Below, piece after piece: positions 17,634-26,869 of a DNA stretch of 45,192 nt. The notes below the pieces were generated by a model that worked only from the letters and a program-made list of their open reading frames with translations, did not search any database and had not been told where the DNA came from. The DNA is taken from positions 1-45,192 of the forward strand of contig CAZHAJ010000001.1 in NCBI GenBank assembly GCA_964530215.1, read 5' to 3'. The first letter of the stretch is position 1. Each line of letters begins with the position of its first letter. The position numbers were made by a program, and so were the translations under genes. This stretch comes from an uncultured Peptococcaceae bacterium (GTDB lineage: Bacteria > Bacillota > Desulfotomaculia > Desulfotomaculales > Desulfocucumaceae).

Positions 17634-19547
17634 ATGGTTCAATTTTCGATGCATAACGCATGGCTGGTGCCACTCCTGCCCGCTTTATCCTTCGTAATTA
17701 TAGTTTTTTTAACGAGGCAGTGGAAAAGAATAAGCTCCATGGTGTGCGTAACCAGTATGGCGATGTCCTGCGGGATAGCTTCTCTGGCGGCTTATGGAGT
17801 TTTCACCAATCATGAGTTAACAGAAAAACCTTTGATTTATGCAACCAGATGGTTTTCTATGTCCGGCTTTAGAATTGACGTAGGGGTGCAGTTGGATCCG
17901 GTCTCAGCTATGATGATGTTTATGGTGACTTTGATAGCAACCCTTATATTCATTTACTCCACTGGGTATATGAAAGGGGAGCCGGGATATTCAGTGTTTT
18001 TTGCGTACCTCTCCCTTTTTGGGGCATCTATGCTGCTGCTGACCATATCTAGCAACTTACTCCAGATGTTTGTTGCTTGGGAGTTGGTGGGACTCTGTTC
18101 CTACTTGTTAATCGGTTTTTACACACACAAAGTATCGGCTAGGGAAGCAGCAAAGAAAGCTTTTATCACCTGTCGGGTGGCTGATTTTGGTTTGCTTTTG
18201 GGACTTCTCTCTTTGCAAATAGTATTTGGAACTCTAAATATTGCCGAGTTGTCAATGAAAATAAACAATTTTGAGCAGTACACAAGTCTAGGTGTTCTCA
18301 CCTTGATAGCATTACTGGTCTTTATCGGCCCCATTGGTAAGTCAGGTCAGTTTCCGCTGCATGTTTGGCTGCCCAATGCAATGGAAGGTCCTACTCCTGT
18401 CAGTGCATTGATTCACGCTGCCACTATGGTGGTGGCAGGGGTCTATTTGATGGCCAGGACAATGTTCTTGTTTGTAGAGGTACCCCCTATAATGGATTTG
18501 GTTGCAGTAATAGGCGGGTTTACCGCTTTGTTTGCAGCTTCCATTGCAATTACCCAGCGGGATATCAAAAGAGTTTTAGCTTATTCCACCATAAGTCAGA
18601 TCGGTTATATGATGCTGGCATTGGGTTTGGGTGCATTAACGGCTTCATTGTTCCATCTTTGGACTCATGCCTTCTTTAAAGCCTTAATGTTTCTTGGTGC
18701 CGGTTCTGTATTGTATGCCCTGCATCACAAAGGAGACATATGGCATATGGGTGGCCTGCTTAAAAAGATGCCCGTTACCGGATATACATTTATGGTGGGT
18801 TGTCTGGCAATAGCTGGCATTCCGCCCTTTGCAGGTTTTTGGAGTAAGGATGAGATACTTTTGGCAGCCTTTGATTCAGGTCATTATGTATTGTTTACTA
18901 TGGCAGCGCTTACAGCTTTCATGACTGCTTTTTATATGTGGAGATTATTTTTCTTGGTGTTTACCGGTAGCGAAAATCATGGGGAGCAGCCTAAAGAATC
19001 TCCCAGAGCAATGACCTTACCCCTGGTGGTACTGGCTGTGTTTGCAACCCTAGGGGGGTTGATTGGTACTCCTTGGGCACCGATGTGGCAAGATAAAATC
19101 TTTTTTGGACATCCACACCATGCAGAGCCTAATTTTATGATTATGCTTGGTTCGGTGGTATTGGCGGTGGCCGGTATTTATCTAGCCTATAATCTCTATG
19201 GTATTGACAAGTCTAGAGCAGAAATTATGGCAAAAAAATATAATTTCTTCTGGAGATTATCATACAACAAGTTTTATGTGGATGAACTTTATTTATGGTT
19301 TACTCACACCATGGTGGATGGTGCAGCAAAGATACTGTATTTATTTGATGTCTACGTTGTGGATGGTGTTTTTGTGAATGGTATAGCTGCATTGACTAAA
19401 TTATCCGGAGAAAAACTAAGAATTTTTCAGACTGGACGACTTCAAAACTATGCTTTAGTGTTTTTTCTGGGAGTATTATTTGTTGCAGTAATATTGGCTT
19501 TTACTGAACCATCTCTTCTGTTAGGTCTAAAAGGGGGTGTAAATTAG
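17634..19547 (+). CDS. nuoL: NADH-quinone oxidoreductase subunit L
   Basis: 637-aa ND5/Mrp-type antiporter-like subunit (GKSGQFPLHVWLP.AMEGPTPVSALIHAATMV). Confidence 0.93.
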   Translation: MVQFSMHNAWLVPLLPALSFVIIVFLTRQWKRISSMVCVTSMAMSCGIASLAAYGVFTNHELTEKPLIYATRWFSMSGFRIDVGVQLDPVSAMMMFMVTLIATLIFIYSTGYMKGEPGYSVFFAYLSLFGASMLLLTISSNLLQMFVAWELVGLCSYLLIGFYTHKVSAREAAKKAFITCRVADFGLLLGLLSLQIVFGTLNIAELSMKINNFEQYTSLGVLTLIALLVFIGPIGKSGQFPLHVWLPNAMEGPTPVSALIHAATMVVAGVYLMARTMFLFVEVPPIMDLVAVIGGFTALFAASIAITQRDIKRVLAYSTISQIGYMMLALGLGALTASLFHLWTHAFFKALMFLGAGSVLYALHHKGDIWHMGGLLKKMPVTGYTFMVGCLAIAGIPPFAGFWSKDEILLAAFDSGHYVLFTMAALTAFMTAFYMWRLFFLVFTGSENHGEQPKESPRAMTLPLVVLAVFATLGGLIGTPWAPMWQDKIFFGHPHHAEPNFMIMLGSVVLAVAGIYLAYNLYGIDKSRAEIMAKKYNFFWRLSYNKFYVDELYLWFTHTMVDGAAKILYLFDVYVVDGVFVNGIAALTKLSGEKLRIFQTGRLQNYALVFFLGVLFVAVILAFTEPSLLLGLKGGVN

Positions 19548-21065
19548 ATGGAAAACTTCCCTATATTGACCGTTATAATTTTTGCACCTGTGATAAGTGC
19601 GATTATCATGGCCTTTATCCCCAGGGAGAGGGAGACAGCAATCAGAAGGGTTGCTGCTTCCGGTACCATTACCTCATTGGTGTTAACTCTGTATGTATAT
19701 GCTATGTATGATGTGAAAGCAGCGGGATTGCAGTTTGTGGAAAATATCCCCTGGATTAAAGATTTAGGTGTCAGTTATTTCATGGCTGTGGACGGAATCA
19801 GTTTGGCAATGGTTTTATTGACTAATCTTGTGGGTGTTGCTGCAGTTTTTACTTCCTGGAGTATCGCCAACAGAAACAGAGAATTCTTTATCTTGGTCTG
19901 TCTGTTGATTTCAGGGTTGATGGGTACTTTTGTTGCTCATGATTTGTTTATATTTCTCTTGTTTTATGAGGTTTTTGTAATTCCCATCTATATTATGATT
20001 GTTGTATTTGGTACCACCAAACGTTTAACCAAAGAATATGCCGGGATGAAGCTGGTAATTTATTTACTGGTGGGATCCGGATTTTTACTGGCAGGGTTAA
20101 TTGCTTTTTATGTAAAGTCTATAGCAATACTGGGAGAACCCAATATGAGTTTTGAGGCTTTGGCTACCGCAGGCAGACAGATGAGTGCTTTTGATCAAAA
20201 ATGGATTTTTGCTCTAATGGCGCTGGGATTTTGCCCATTGGTTACAATGTTTCCTTTTCACTCTTGGTCTCCCGACGGTCATGCCGGTGCTCCCACTGCG
20301 GTATCAATGCTACACGCAGGGGTGTTTAAAAAAATAGGTGCTTACGGATTAATCAAGATTGCTTTTTCTTTCCTGCCCTTGGGTGGTATGTTTTGGGCTC
20401 CTTATTTGGCAGGTTTAGCTGTGATAGGTGTGGTTTATGCAGCTTTTAATGCCCTTGTTCAGAAAGATCTGAAATACATTGTGGGCTATTCATCTGTTTC
20501 CCATATGAATTATGTGATTTTAGCTATAGCGTCAACAAGTGCTGTGGGTTTCACAGGTGCAGTGGCAAATATGTTTGCCCATGGAGTTATGTCGGCAATG
20601 TTCTTCTCCGCTGTTGGTTTTATTTATAACAAAACCAATACCCGCTGGATACCTGACCTAGGTGGTTTAGCCAGACAAATGCCCAGGCTGGCTGTGGCCT
20701 TTATGGTGGCAGGTTTTGCAACGCTGGGTCTCCCCGGGCTTATAAGTTTTATTCCTGAGTTTACAATTTTCTTGGCGTCCTTTGAGGTTTATGGAGGATT
20801 GGCGGTTGTAGCTATTGCAGGAATTATAATAACTGCTCTATATGCACTGCGGGCAGGAGCCAACACATTATTTGGTCCTCCCAAAGAGGAGTTTAACCAT
20901 CTGAAGGATATAAGAGGTACCGAACTTGTTCCGGTGCTGGTGCTGGGTATTGTAGTGGTGGTTGGAGGTCTTCTGCCTTCACTGCTCTTTGATATGGTGG
21001 ACAGTGGAGTTACCCCGCTAATGAATCAAATCGATAGTGTGTTGAAGATAGGGGGGATAAGGTAA
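19548..21065 (+). CDS. nuoM: NADH-quinone oxidoreductase subunit M
   Basis: 505-aa ND4-like subunit (FPFHSWSPDGHAGAPTAVSMLHAGV). It starts directly after the nuoL stop. Confidence 0.93.
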   Translation: MENFPILTVIIFAPVISAIIMAFIPRERETAIRRVAASGTITSLVLTLYVYAMYDVKAAGLQFVENIPWIKDLGVSYFMAVDGISLAMVLLTNLVGVAAVFTSWSIANRNREFFILVCLLISGLMGTFVAHDLFIFLLFYEVFVIPIYIMIVVFGTTKRLTKEYAGMKLVIYLLVGSGFLLAGLIAFYVKSIAILGEPNMSFEALATAGRQMSAFDQKWIFALMALGFCPLVTMFPFHSWSPDGHAGAPTAVSMLHAGVFKKIGAYGLIKIAFSFLPLGGMFWAPYLAGLAVIGVVYAAFNALVQKDLKYIVGYSSVSHMNYVILAIASTSAVGFTGAVANMFAHGVMSAMFFSAVGFIYNKTNTRWIPDLGGLARQMPRLAVAFMVAGFATLGLPGLISFIPEFTIFLASFEVYGGLAVVAIAGIIITALYALRAGANTLFGPPKEEFNHLKDIRGTELVPVLVLGIVVVVGGLLPSLLFDMVDSGVTPLMNQIDSVLKIGGIR

Positions 21066-22495
21066 TGCAGATGGATCTTACAGTTATTATTCCTGAAATA
21101 GCTATGGTTTTATTCGGAATAGCAACTCTAGTACTGGGGTTGTTAATGCCAAAAAAAGCGCTTTCAAAGCTGGGGTGGTTTGCCGCAATATCATTATTGG
21201 CAGTAATTGCCTTGGTGATTCTGGGGTGGAACAATACCGGCACACTTAGTGGGGATCTTTATTTTGTAGATCAATTCTCGCAATTTTTTAAAATAACTTT
21301 TTTAGTGGCAGCCTTTCTGGTGGTTTTGGGGTCCATGCAGTATGTGGATCAGCATTTGGGAGGTCAAAGTGAGTATTACAGTATATTAATCTTTGCCACT
21401 TTAGGAATGATGGTAATGGCTTCAGCTAATGACTTTATGACCATGTACTTGGGGTTGGAGTTAATGACCATTTCCTTTATCATCTTAGTTTGCTTCCGCC
21501 GCACCGAAGATAAATCCTTGGAAGCAGGCATGAAATATATTCTTTTGGCCGGGGTGTCTTCCGCAGTTCTTTTGTATGGATTGAGCTTTATATACGGCAT
21601 AACGGGAACTGTAGTTATTACCGAAGTAGCGAAGGCATTGGCGGTTCAGCAAGTAATGCCCCTGCTAGTGGTGGGAGTAACTTTTGTTATTGCCGGTATG
21701 GGATTTAAGGTAGCCGCAGTTCCTTTCCATATGTGGGCACCGGATGTTTATGAGGGTGCTCCGACGCCCATTACCTCATTTTTAGCCATTGGCTCTAAAG
21801 CAGCTGCTTTTGCTGTTTTTATAAGGATTTTCGTTATAGGAATGTTTGGCCTTGCATTAGATTGGGGCTTATTGATTGCCATTTTAGCTGCTTTAACCAT
21901 TGTTATAGGTAATTTGATAGCCATTGCCCAGACCAATATAAAAGCATTGTTGGCATATTCCAGTATTGCTCAAGCAGGTTATATTTTGGTGGGCATGGTT
22001 AATGCCTCTCATCAGGGAGTTAAAGCGATGATGCTGTATAGTTTCCTGTATATTTTTGCAATTGTAGGGGCTTTCACTGTGATAGCATACTATTATAATA
22101 TTGCCGGCAGTGATGAAATAAAGGATTATGCAGGACTTGCTCAAAGGTCGCCCCTAATGGCTGCCGTTATGGTGGTTGCTTTAATGACTTTGGCAGGCAT
22201 ACCTCCCCTGGCAGGGTTCGTGGGTAAATTCTATTTATTTATGACTGTGGTTGAAAATTATCTTTGGTTAGCCATTATCGGTTTAGTGATGAGCATGGTT
22301 TCGGTGTACTATTACTTAATGGTGGTACTGGTGATGTATCGGGATAAACCAAAGGATGCGAGCCCCATTATAATAAGTATGCCGGTGAAAGTTACATTAT
22401 TGGCTACGATGATAATATCGTTCTTCCTGGGTATATATCCCGGCCCGTTGGCAGAGTTGGTTAACAGTGCTTCATTATCTTTCTTTCTGCATTAA
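21065..22495 (+). CDS. nuoN: NADH-quinone oxidoreductase subunit N
   Basis: 476-aa ND2-like subunit (VPFHMWAPDVYEGAPTPITSFLA). The start overlaps the nuoM stop. Confidence 0.93.
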   Translation: MQMDLTVIIPEIAMVLFGIATLVLGLLMPKKALSKLGWFAAISLLAVIALVILGWNNTGTLSGDLYFVDQFSQFFKITFLVAAFLVVLGSMQYVDQHLGGQSEYYSILIFATLGMMVMASANDFMTMYLGLELMTISFIILVCFRRTEDKSLEAGMKYILLAGVSSAVLLYGLSFIYGITGTVVITEVAKALAVQQVMPLLVVGVTFVIAGMGFKVAAVPFHMWAPDVYEGAPTPITSFLAIGSKAAAFAVFIRIFVIGMFGLALDWGLLIAILAALTIVIGNLIAIAQTNIKALLAYSSIAQAGYILVGMVNASHQGVKAMMLYSFLYIFAIVGAFTVIAYYYNIAGSDEIKDYAGLAQRSPLMAAVMVVALMTLAGIPPLAGFVGKFYLFMTVVENYLWLAIIGLVMSMVSVYYYLMVVLVMYRDKPKDASPIIISMPVKVTLLATMIISFFLGIYPGPLAELVNSASLSFFLH

Positions 22496-22517
22496 ATGCT
22501 AAAGAAAGATAATGAAG
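22470..22517 (+). terminator. Long AT-rich hairpin spanning the nuoN stop codon (terminator or 3' stabiliser of the nuo mRNA)
   Basis: A perfect 17-bp inverted repeat, CTTCATTATCTTTCTTT (22470-22486) and AAAGAAAGATAATGAAG (22501-22517). The 14-nt loop is itself self-complementary (GCAT..ATGC). No strong U-tract follows. Confidence 0.4.
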
Positions 22518-22574
22518 GTTCATTAGGAAGGAAACTTGAATCATAGATAGAATATCTAGTAGATGTTAGGATAG

Positions 22575-23591
<1,017 letters not shown>

Positions 23592-23603
23592 TTGCAGAAA
23601 GAT

Positions 23604-23733
23604 CAGAAGTCAGAATTCAGAATCCAGAATTAAGAAGTGACTTTCTGTCAATTGTTGGGGTAGGCCCCACAAATGGAGAGTAAATATGTTAGATAGAGAG
23701 ATTGATGTTTTTGTATATCAATCTCTCTTTTTT
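23604..23733 (+). repeat. Intergenic repeat element, copy A: heptamer array, bulged hairpin and terminator
   Basis: Heptamers CAGAAGT CAGAATT CAGAATC CAGAATT AAGAAGT (23604-23638). The following segment CTGTCAATTGTTGGGGTAGGCCCCACAAATGGAGAGTAAATA is near-identical to 40566-40606. Then comes the terminator hairpin. Confidence 0.7.
23695..23733 (+). terminator. Rho-independent terminator (ilvC / element A)
   Basis: AGAGAGATTGAT (23695-23706) pairs with ATCAATCTCTCT (23717-23728), followed by TTTTT. Confidence 0.75.
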
Positions 23734-23790
23734 ATCAAAAAATACACGTAAATGTAGGCTGGGGGTGCGGATTTCAGTCCGGACAAATGG

Positions 23791-23803
23791 ATTCTGACTT
23801 CTG
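23791..23803 (-). repeat. Inverted copy of the heptamer pair (right boundary of element A)
   Basis: ATTCTGACTTCTG is the exact reverse complement of CAGAAGTCAGAAT at 23604-23616. Confidence 0.6.
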
Positions 23804-23852
23804 TATTCCTCTGAATTTCTATGTCCATCACAGTTGGTTTAATTATAATTAA

Positions 23853-24911
23853 TCAGTCATTAATTGATACCAATGACTGAATCTCCAGTTCCGGATGACG
23901 TTCCAGTTCCACCAGTTTATCTCCAATTCTAACCACCGGTCTGCATGGATTATTTCTGTTTGACATCACAATTTGACCTTTGCTCCCGTCACTTAAAGCT
24001 ACAAATTCACCTACGTAACATTCTGCAGTGCGATCACAGAAGGAGAAAAGGATCTTTGTGTCCAATAACCCAAGATTTTCATTTTTCAGTACTTCCAGCA
24101 CTTTGAAGGGACATCCTTGTCCTTTTTCGGCCATTTCGCTGGTTAATTTGTCAAAGGTATCTGCCACTGCCACAAGCTTGGCAACTTGTGGTATTTTTTC
24201 GTCCTTGAGGCCATTGGGATAACCTGAGCCATCGATGCGTTCGTGGTGAAGCAGTGCTCCCAGACAGACATCTTCGTGAAAACCGGAGTTTTTTAAAATT
24301 TCATAGCCAATTTTAGTATGGCTCTCATAATCATCCTGTTCTTTAAAAGAACGTTGGATTTTATATAATATATCGGGATTTAATCTTGTTTTACCAACGT
24401 CATGAAAGAGTCCCGCCACAACATAATCTTTGCTAATATCTTCCGGAAAACCAAGCCAACGGCAGATTACTCCACAGATCAGAGATACATTAATACTGTG
24501 GTTATATGTGTTTTTATCAAGTTGAAGTACATGAGCCAGCGTAGGTATAAGATCATAGGCGGCTTTTGGCTTACTTAAAAGAGAGCCGGGAATATCATAT
24601 GCTTCATCGATTGTCACCGGGTTTCCACTGATTACCGCTTTAATCAGGTCTTCTGATTCTTCATTTGTTTTAATGTAAAGGTCTTTTATCTCTAAAATTT
24701 CCTCAGGACTTATAGTGGGCCAGAAATTTGACGTGTCTTCTTGGGGCCTGTCCACTGAGACACTGGAATAACCAAGTCTTTTAATTATTTTTATATTTTC
24801 CTCTGTAAGAACTGCACCACTGGAAAGTAAAAGGATTTTGTTTCTATTGTAAATATCTTCGTTTAAACGCATTCCCGGCTTTAATTCTTCAGTCATCCGG
24901 ACTATAGCCAA
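23853..24911 (-). CDS. HD-GYP domain cyclic-dinucleotide phosphodiesterase with a DUF3391-like N-terminal domain
   Basis: HD motif GLFHDVGK and HHERIDGSGYPNGL (HHExxDGxGYP). The N-terminus L.PGM.L..DI.....LLLSSGAVL....I..L is typical of HD-GYP proteins. TTG start with a GGGGGGT RBS, 12 nt after the DGQHR gene stop. Confidence 0.85.
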   Translation of the reverse strand: MAIVRMTEELKPGMRLNEDIYNRNKILLLSSGAVLTEENIKIIKRLGYSSVSVDRPQEDTSNFWPTISPEEILEIKDLYIKTNEESEDLIKAVISGNPVTIDEAYDIPGSLLSKPKAAYDLIPTLAHVLQLDKNTYNHSINVSLICGVICRWLGFPEDISKDYVVAGLFHDVGKTRLNPDILYKIQRSFKEQDDYESHTKIGYEILKNSGFHEDVCLGALLHHERIDGSGYPNGLKDEKIPQVAKLVAVADTFDKLTSEMAEKGQGCPFKVLEVLKNENLGLLDTKILFSFCDRTAECYVGEFVALSDGSKGQIVMSNRNNPCRPVVRIGDKLVELERHPELEIQSLVSIND

Positions 24912-24923
24912 TATATACCCCCC

Positions 24924-26006
24924 CTATTCTTTAAAGTTAAACTCATTTTCTAATACAGAAACAACTAAATGTTCAATCTTATCTGCAGTGGCTTCGACGT
25001 TGGGATAAAATTCATGGGATAAATTTTCATTTCTAATTTTTAAACTTTTTTTAACTTTTTCAAATATATCCATAAAAAATTCCTGCTTTAAAGACTTGTT
25101 CTGTTCCCCCAGTTGGTGCATTTTAGGGAAAGCCTGCATTATTCCGACATATCCAACGGTATTGGATAAAACGGATTGCTTTGGATTATCCCATTCTTCC
25201 GGGAAAACAGCTTTGATAGCGTTAAACAGGTTAAAGAGAATTTTGTAAATATATTCATCTTTTTCAGCTATGAAGTAACGCCTCAAAGGAAGAGACGGGT
25301 CTTCCTTAAGAGGAGTGTTCCTTTTTATCTTCATCATGTCAGTCTCGGGATCATTGGATATGAGAGAGATAAGATGTTGTGCAAATAGCCCTTGGGAAAG
25401 CTTTGAAAGTTTTCCTTCTCTGCTGCCCAGCATTTTTAGCCTCTTATAAAAAGCTGATTTTTCGTCCGCATTAAGCAATCGGGCTATATGATGACAGGTC
25501 TTTTGGGGGCTTCTCTTATCTGAGAGATTAAAGAGTTTATACAATAATGACATAGAGAATTGGGTTTGCTTACTGTTGATAATGGAAAATACATATGCCT
25601 TCTCTTCTTCGGTTAATCCAAACATAAAAACCACAGGCATTACAAAGTCATCAACATGCTCGGACTCTTTAATACCCAAAAGTCTGTGCTGTCCGTCAAT
25701 CACTTCACCGATCACTTTCCCGTCGTCTATTTCCAGTATGTTGTTTTCGAAAAGAAAGCTGGAGATATCTTCGGTTACAGCTATAATTATTGGGGTGGGA
25801 AAGGTTGCGTCCGGGTCTGCACAGTAGATGGAAATATCATGGACACATTTAGATGATCCATTTGAATAGTTACAGTCTGAATCAAACTGTCTCCTAGAAA
25901 AATTTGATATTTCAGCTATTCTTAATATGGTTCTGGCTTCCAGTGCACTGATATAGAAAGTGCCTATGGGCTGAGTTACTCTTATAAAAGGAATTAGTTT
26001 TTTCAA
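24924..26006 (-). CDS. DGQHR-domain protein (DndB-like, ParB/Srx nuclease superfamily)
   Basis: 360 aa with the exact DGQHR motif (VIDGQHRLLGI), preceded by TFPTPIIIAV and an N-terminal QPIGTFYISAL strand, as in the DndB/DGQHR family. The TTG start overlaps the upstream stop (TTGA). Confidence 0.75.
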   Translation of the reverse strand: MKKLIPFIRVTQPIGTFYISALEARTILRIAEISNFSRRQFDSDCNYSNGSSKCVHDISIYCADPDATFPTPIIIAVTEDISSFLFENNILEIDDGKVIGEVIDGQHRLLGIKESEHVDDFVMPVVFMFGLTEEEKAYVFSIINSKQTQFSMSLLYKLFNLSDKRSPQKTCHHIARLLNADEKSAFYKRLKMLGSREGKLSKLSQGLFAQHLISLISNDPETDMMKIKRNTPLKEDPSLPLRRYFIAEKDEYIYKILFNLFNAIKAVFPEEWDNPKQSVLSNTVGYVGIMQAFPKMHQLGEQNKSLKQEFFMDIFEKVKKSLKIRNENLSHEFYPNVEATADKIEHLVVSVLENEFNFKE

Positions 26007-26656
26007 ATTTCTATGCCTCCTTCGATAACGTTATCAATATTACTGGCATTAACCTTCAATTTGTTTACGTTTTTATTATCTGCTAAATGAAAAAAATCCA
26101 TTTCGTGTTTATCAAGGTTTTTAACTGCAAAAATATAAATACTTAAAGCAATGGACAGTAAGTAAAAAATAATCTGAATATATCCGTCAGTTTTACTGTA
26201 TACGTGTGAGGTTAAATTACCTTTGAAAATAGTAATTGCATACTCAGCAGACATAAATATAACCAGTATAAAAGCCAAAATCCATGAACCTATCTGATAT
26301 CTTTTAAATAAAGTTGTTTCATTGCTGTTTAGGTATTGGGTAAATCCGTCATAAAGGGCTATTCCCAATATTGAAATTGAGAAAATATAGAAGTTTCCGT
26401 TTACCAGATTGGTGAAAATGTTTTTTTCCAAACCGATATTGTAGTTGACAAGTAATGACAGGATAATTCCAAACTGACCAATAACAATTACCACTGCCAC
26501 CCAAAGTAAAAAAGTGAAGGACTCCTTTTTAATAACTTGATACGGACTGAAAACATAGAACAATATTCTTAGAGTAAATCTCTTAATATCCCTTAAAAAA
26601 TTAACTATAAAAATAAAAGGCCATGCTAACATTCCTAAAAAGCTTTTTGATTTCAT
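26003..26656 (-). CDS. Hypothetical integral membrane protein (about 5 TM) with a ~40-aa soluble tail
   Basis: 217 aa. Hydrophobic segments lie at about residues 6-22, 47-70, 87-105, 122-144 and 158-178. RBS is GGAGG. I recognise no family. The gene is visibly AT-rich. Confidence 0.7.
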   Translation of the reverse strand: MKSKSFLGMLAWPFIFIVNFLRDIKRFTLRILFYVFSPYQVIKKESFTFLLWVAVVIVIGQFGIILSLLVNYNIGLEKNIFTNLVNGNFYIFSISILGIALYDGFTQYLNSNETTLFKRYQIGSWILAFILVIFMSAEYAITIFKGNLTSHVYSKTDGYIQIIFYLLSIALSIYIFAVKNLDKHEMDFFHLADNKNVNKLKVNASNIDNVIEGGIEI

Positions 26657-26869
26657 ATAAACCTCCGGTATTTTTGAAGATTATATTAAAGGTAATTATA
26701 CCATTGTCAGAGCATTATATACAGTCTAATAAATCTATACAACACAGGTAATAGGTTGTATTTATAATACTTCTAATTATTACTGAACTCTATAGGCCTG
26801 TAGTCTTAATTTACAGATTCTCTGTTCTTCAGGCGGAGTCTTTTGTGCTTAAAGATTAATTTAAAAAAA

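Noticed and set aside
23604-23638. The 7-nt periodic NAG repeats (CAG-N4) upstream of a terminator resemble HutP-type antiterminator binding sites (UAG-N4 repeats)
   Set aside because: This is only a periodicity analogy. The triplet is CAG rather than UAG, no hutP-like gene is in the window, and copy A has no downstream co-directional gene to antiterminate into. It is too speculative to call.
23763-23779. GGGTGCGGATTTCAGTC (also at 40761-40777) vaguely resembles the end of some CRISPR repeats (..GGATTGAAAC)
   Set aside because: These are single isolated copies 17 kb apart, with no regularly spaced repeat-spacer array and no cas genes in the window. This is not a CRISPR locus.
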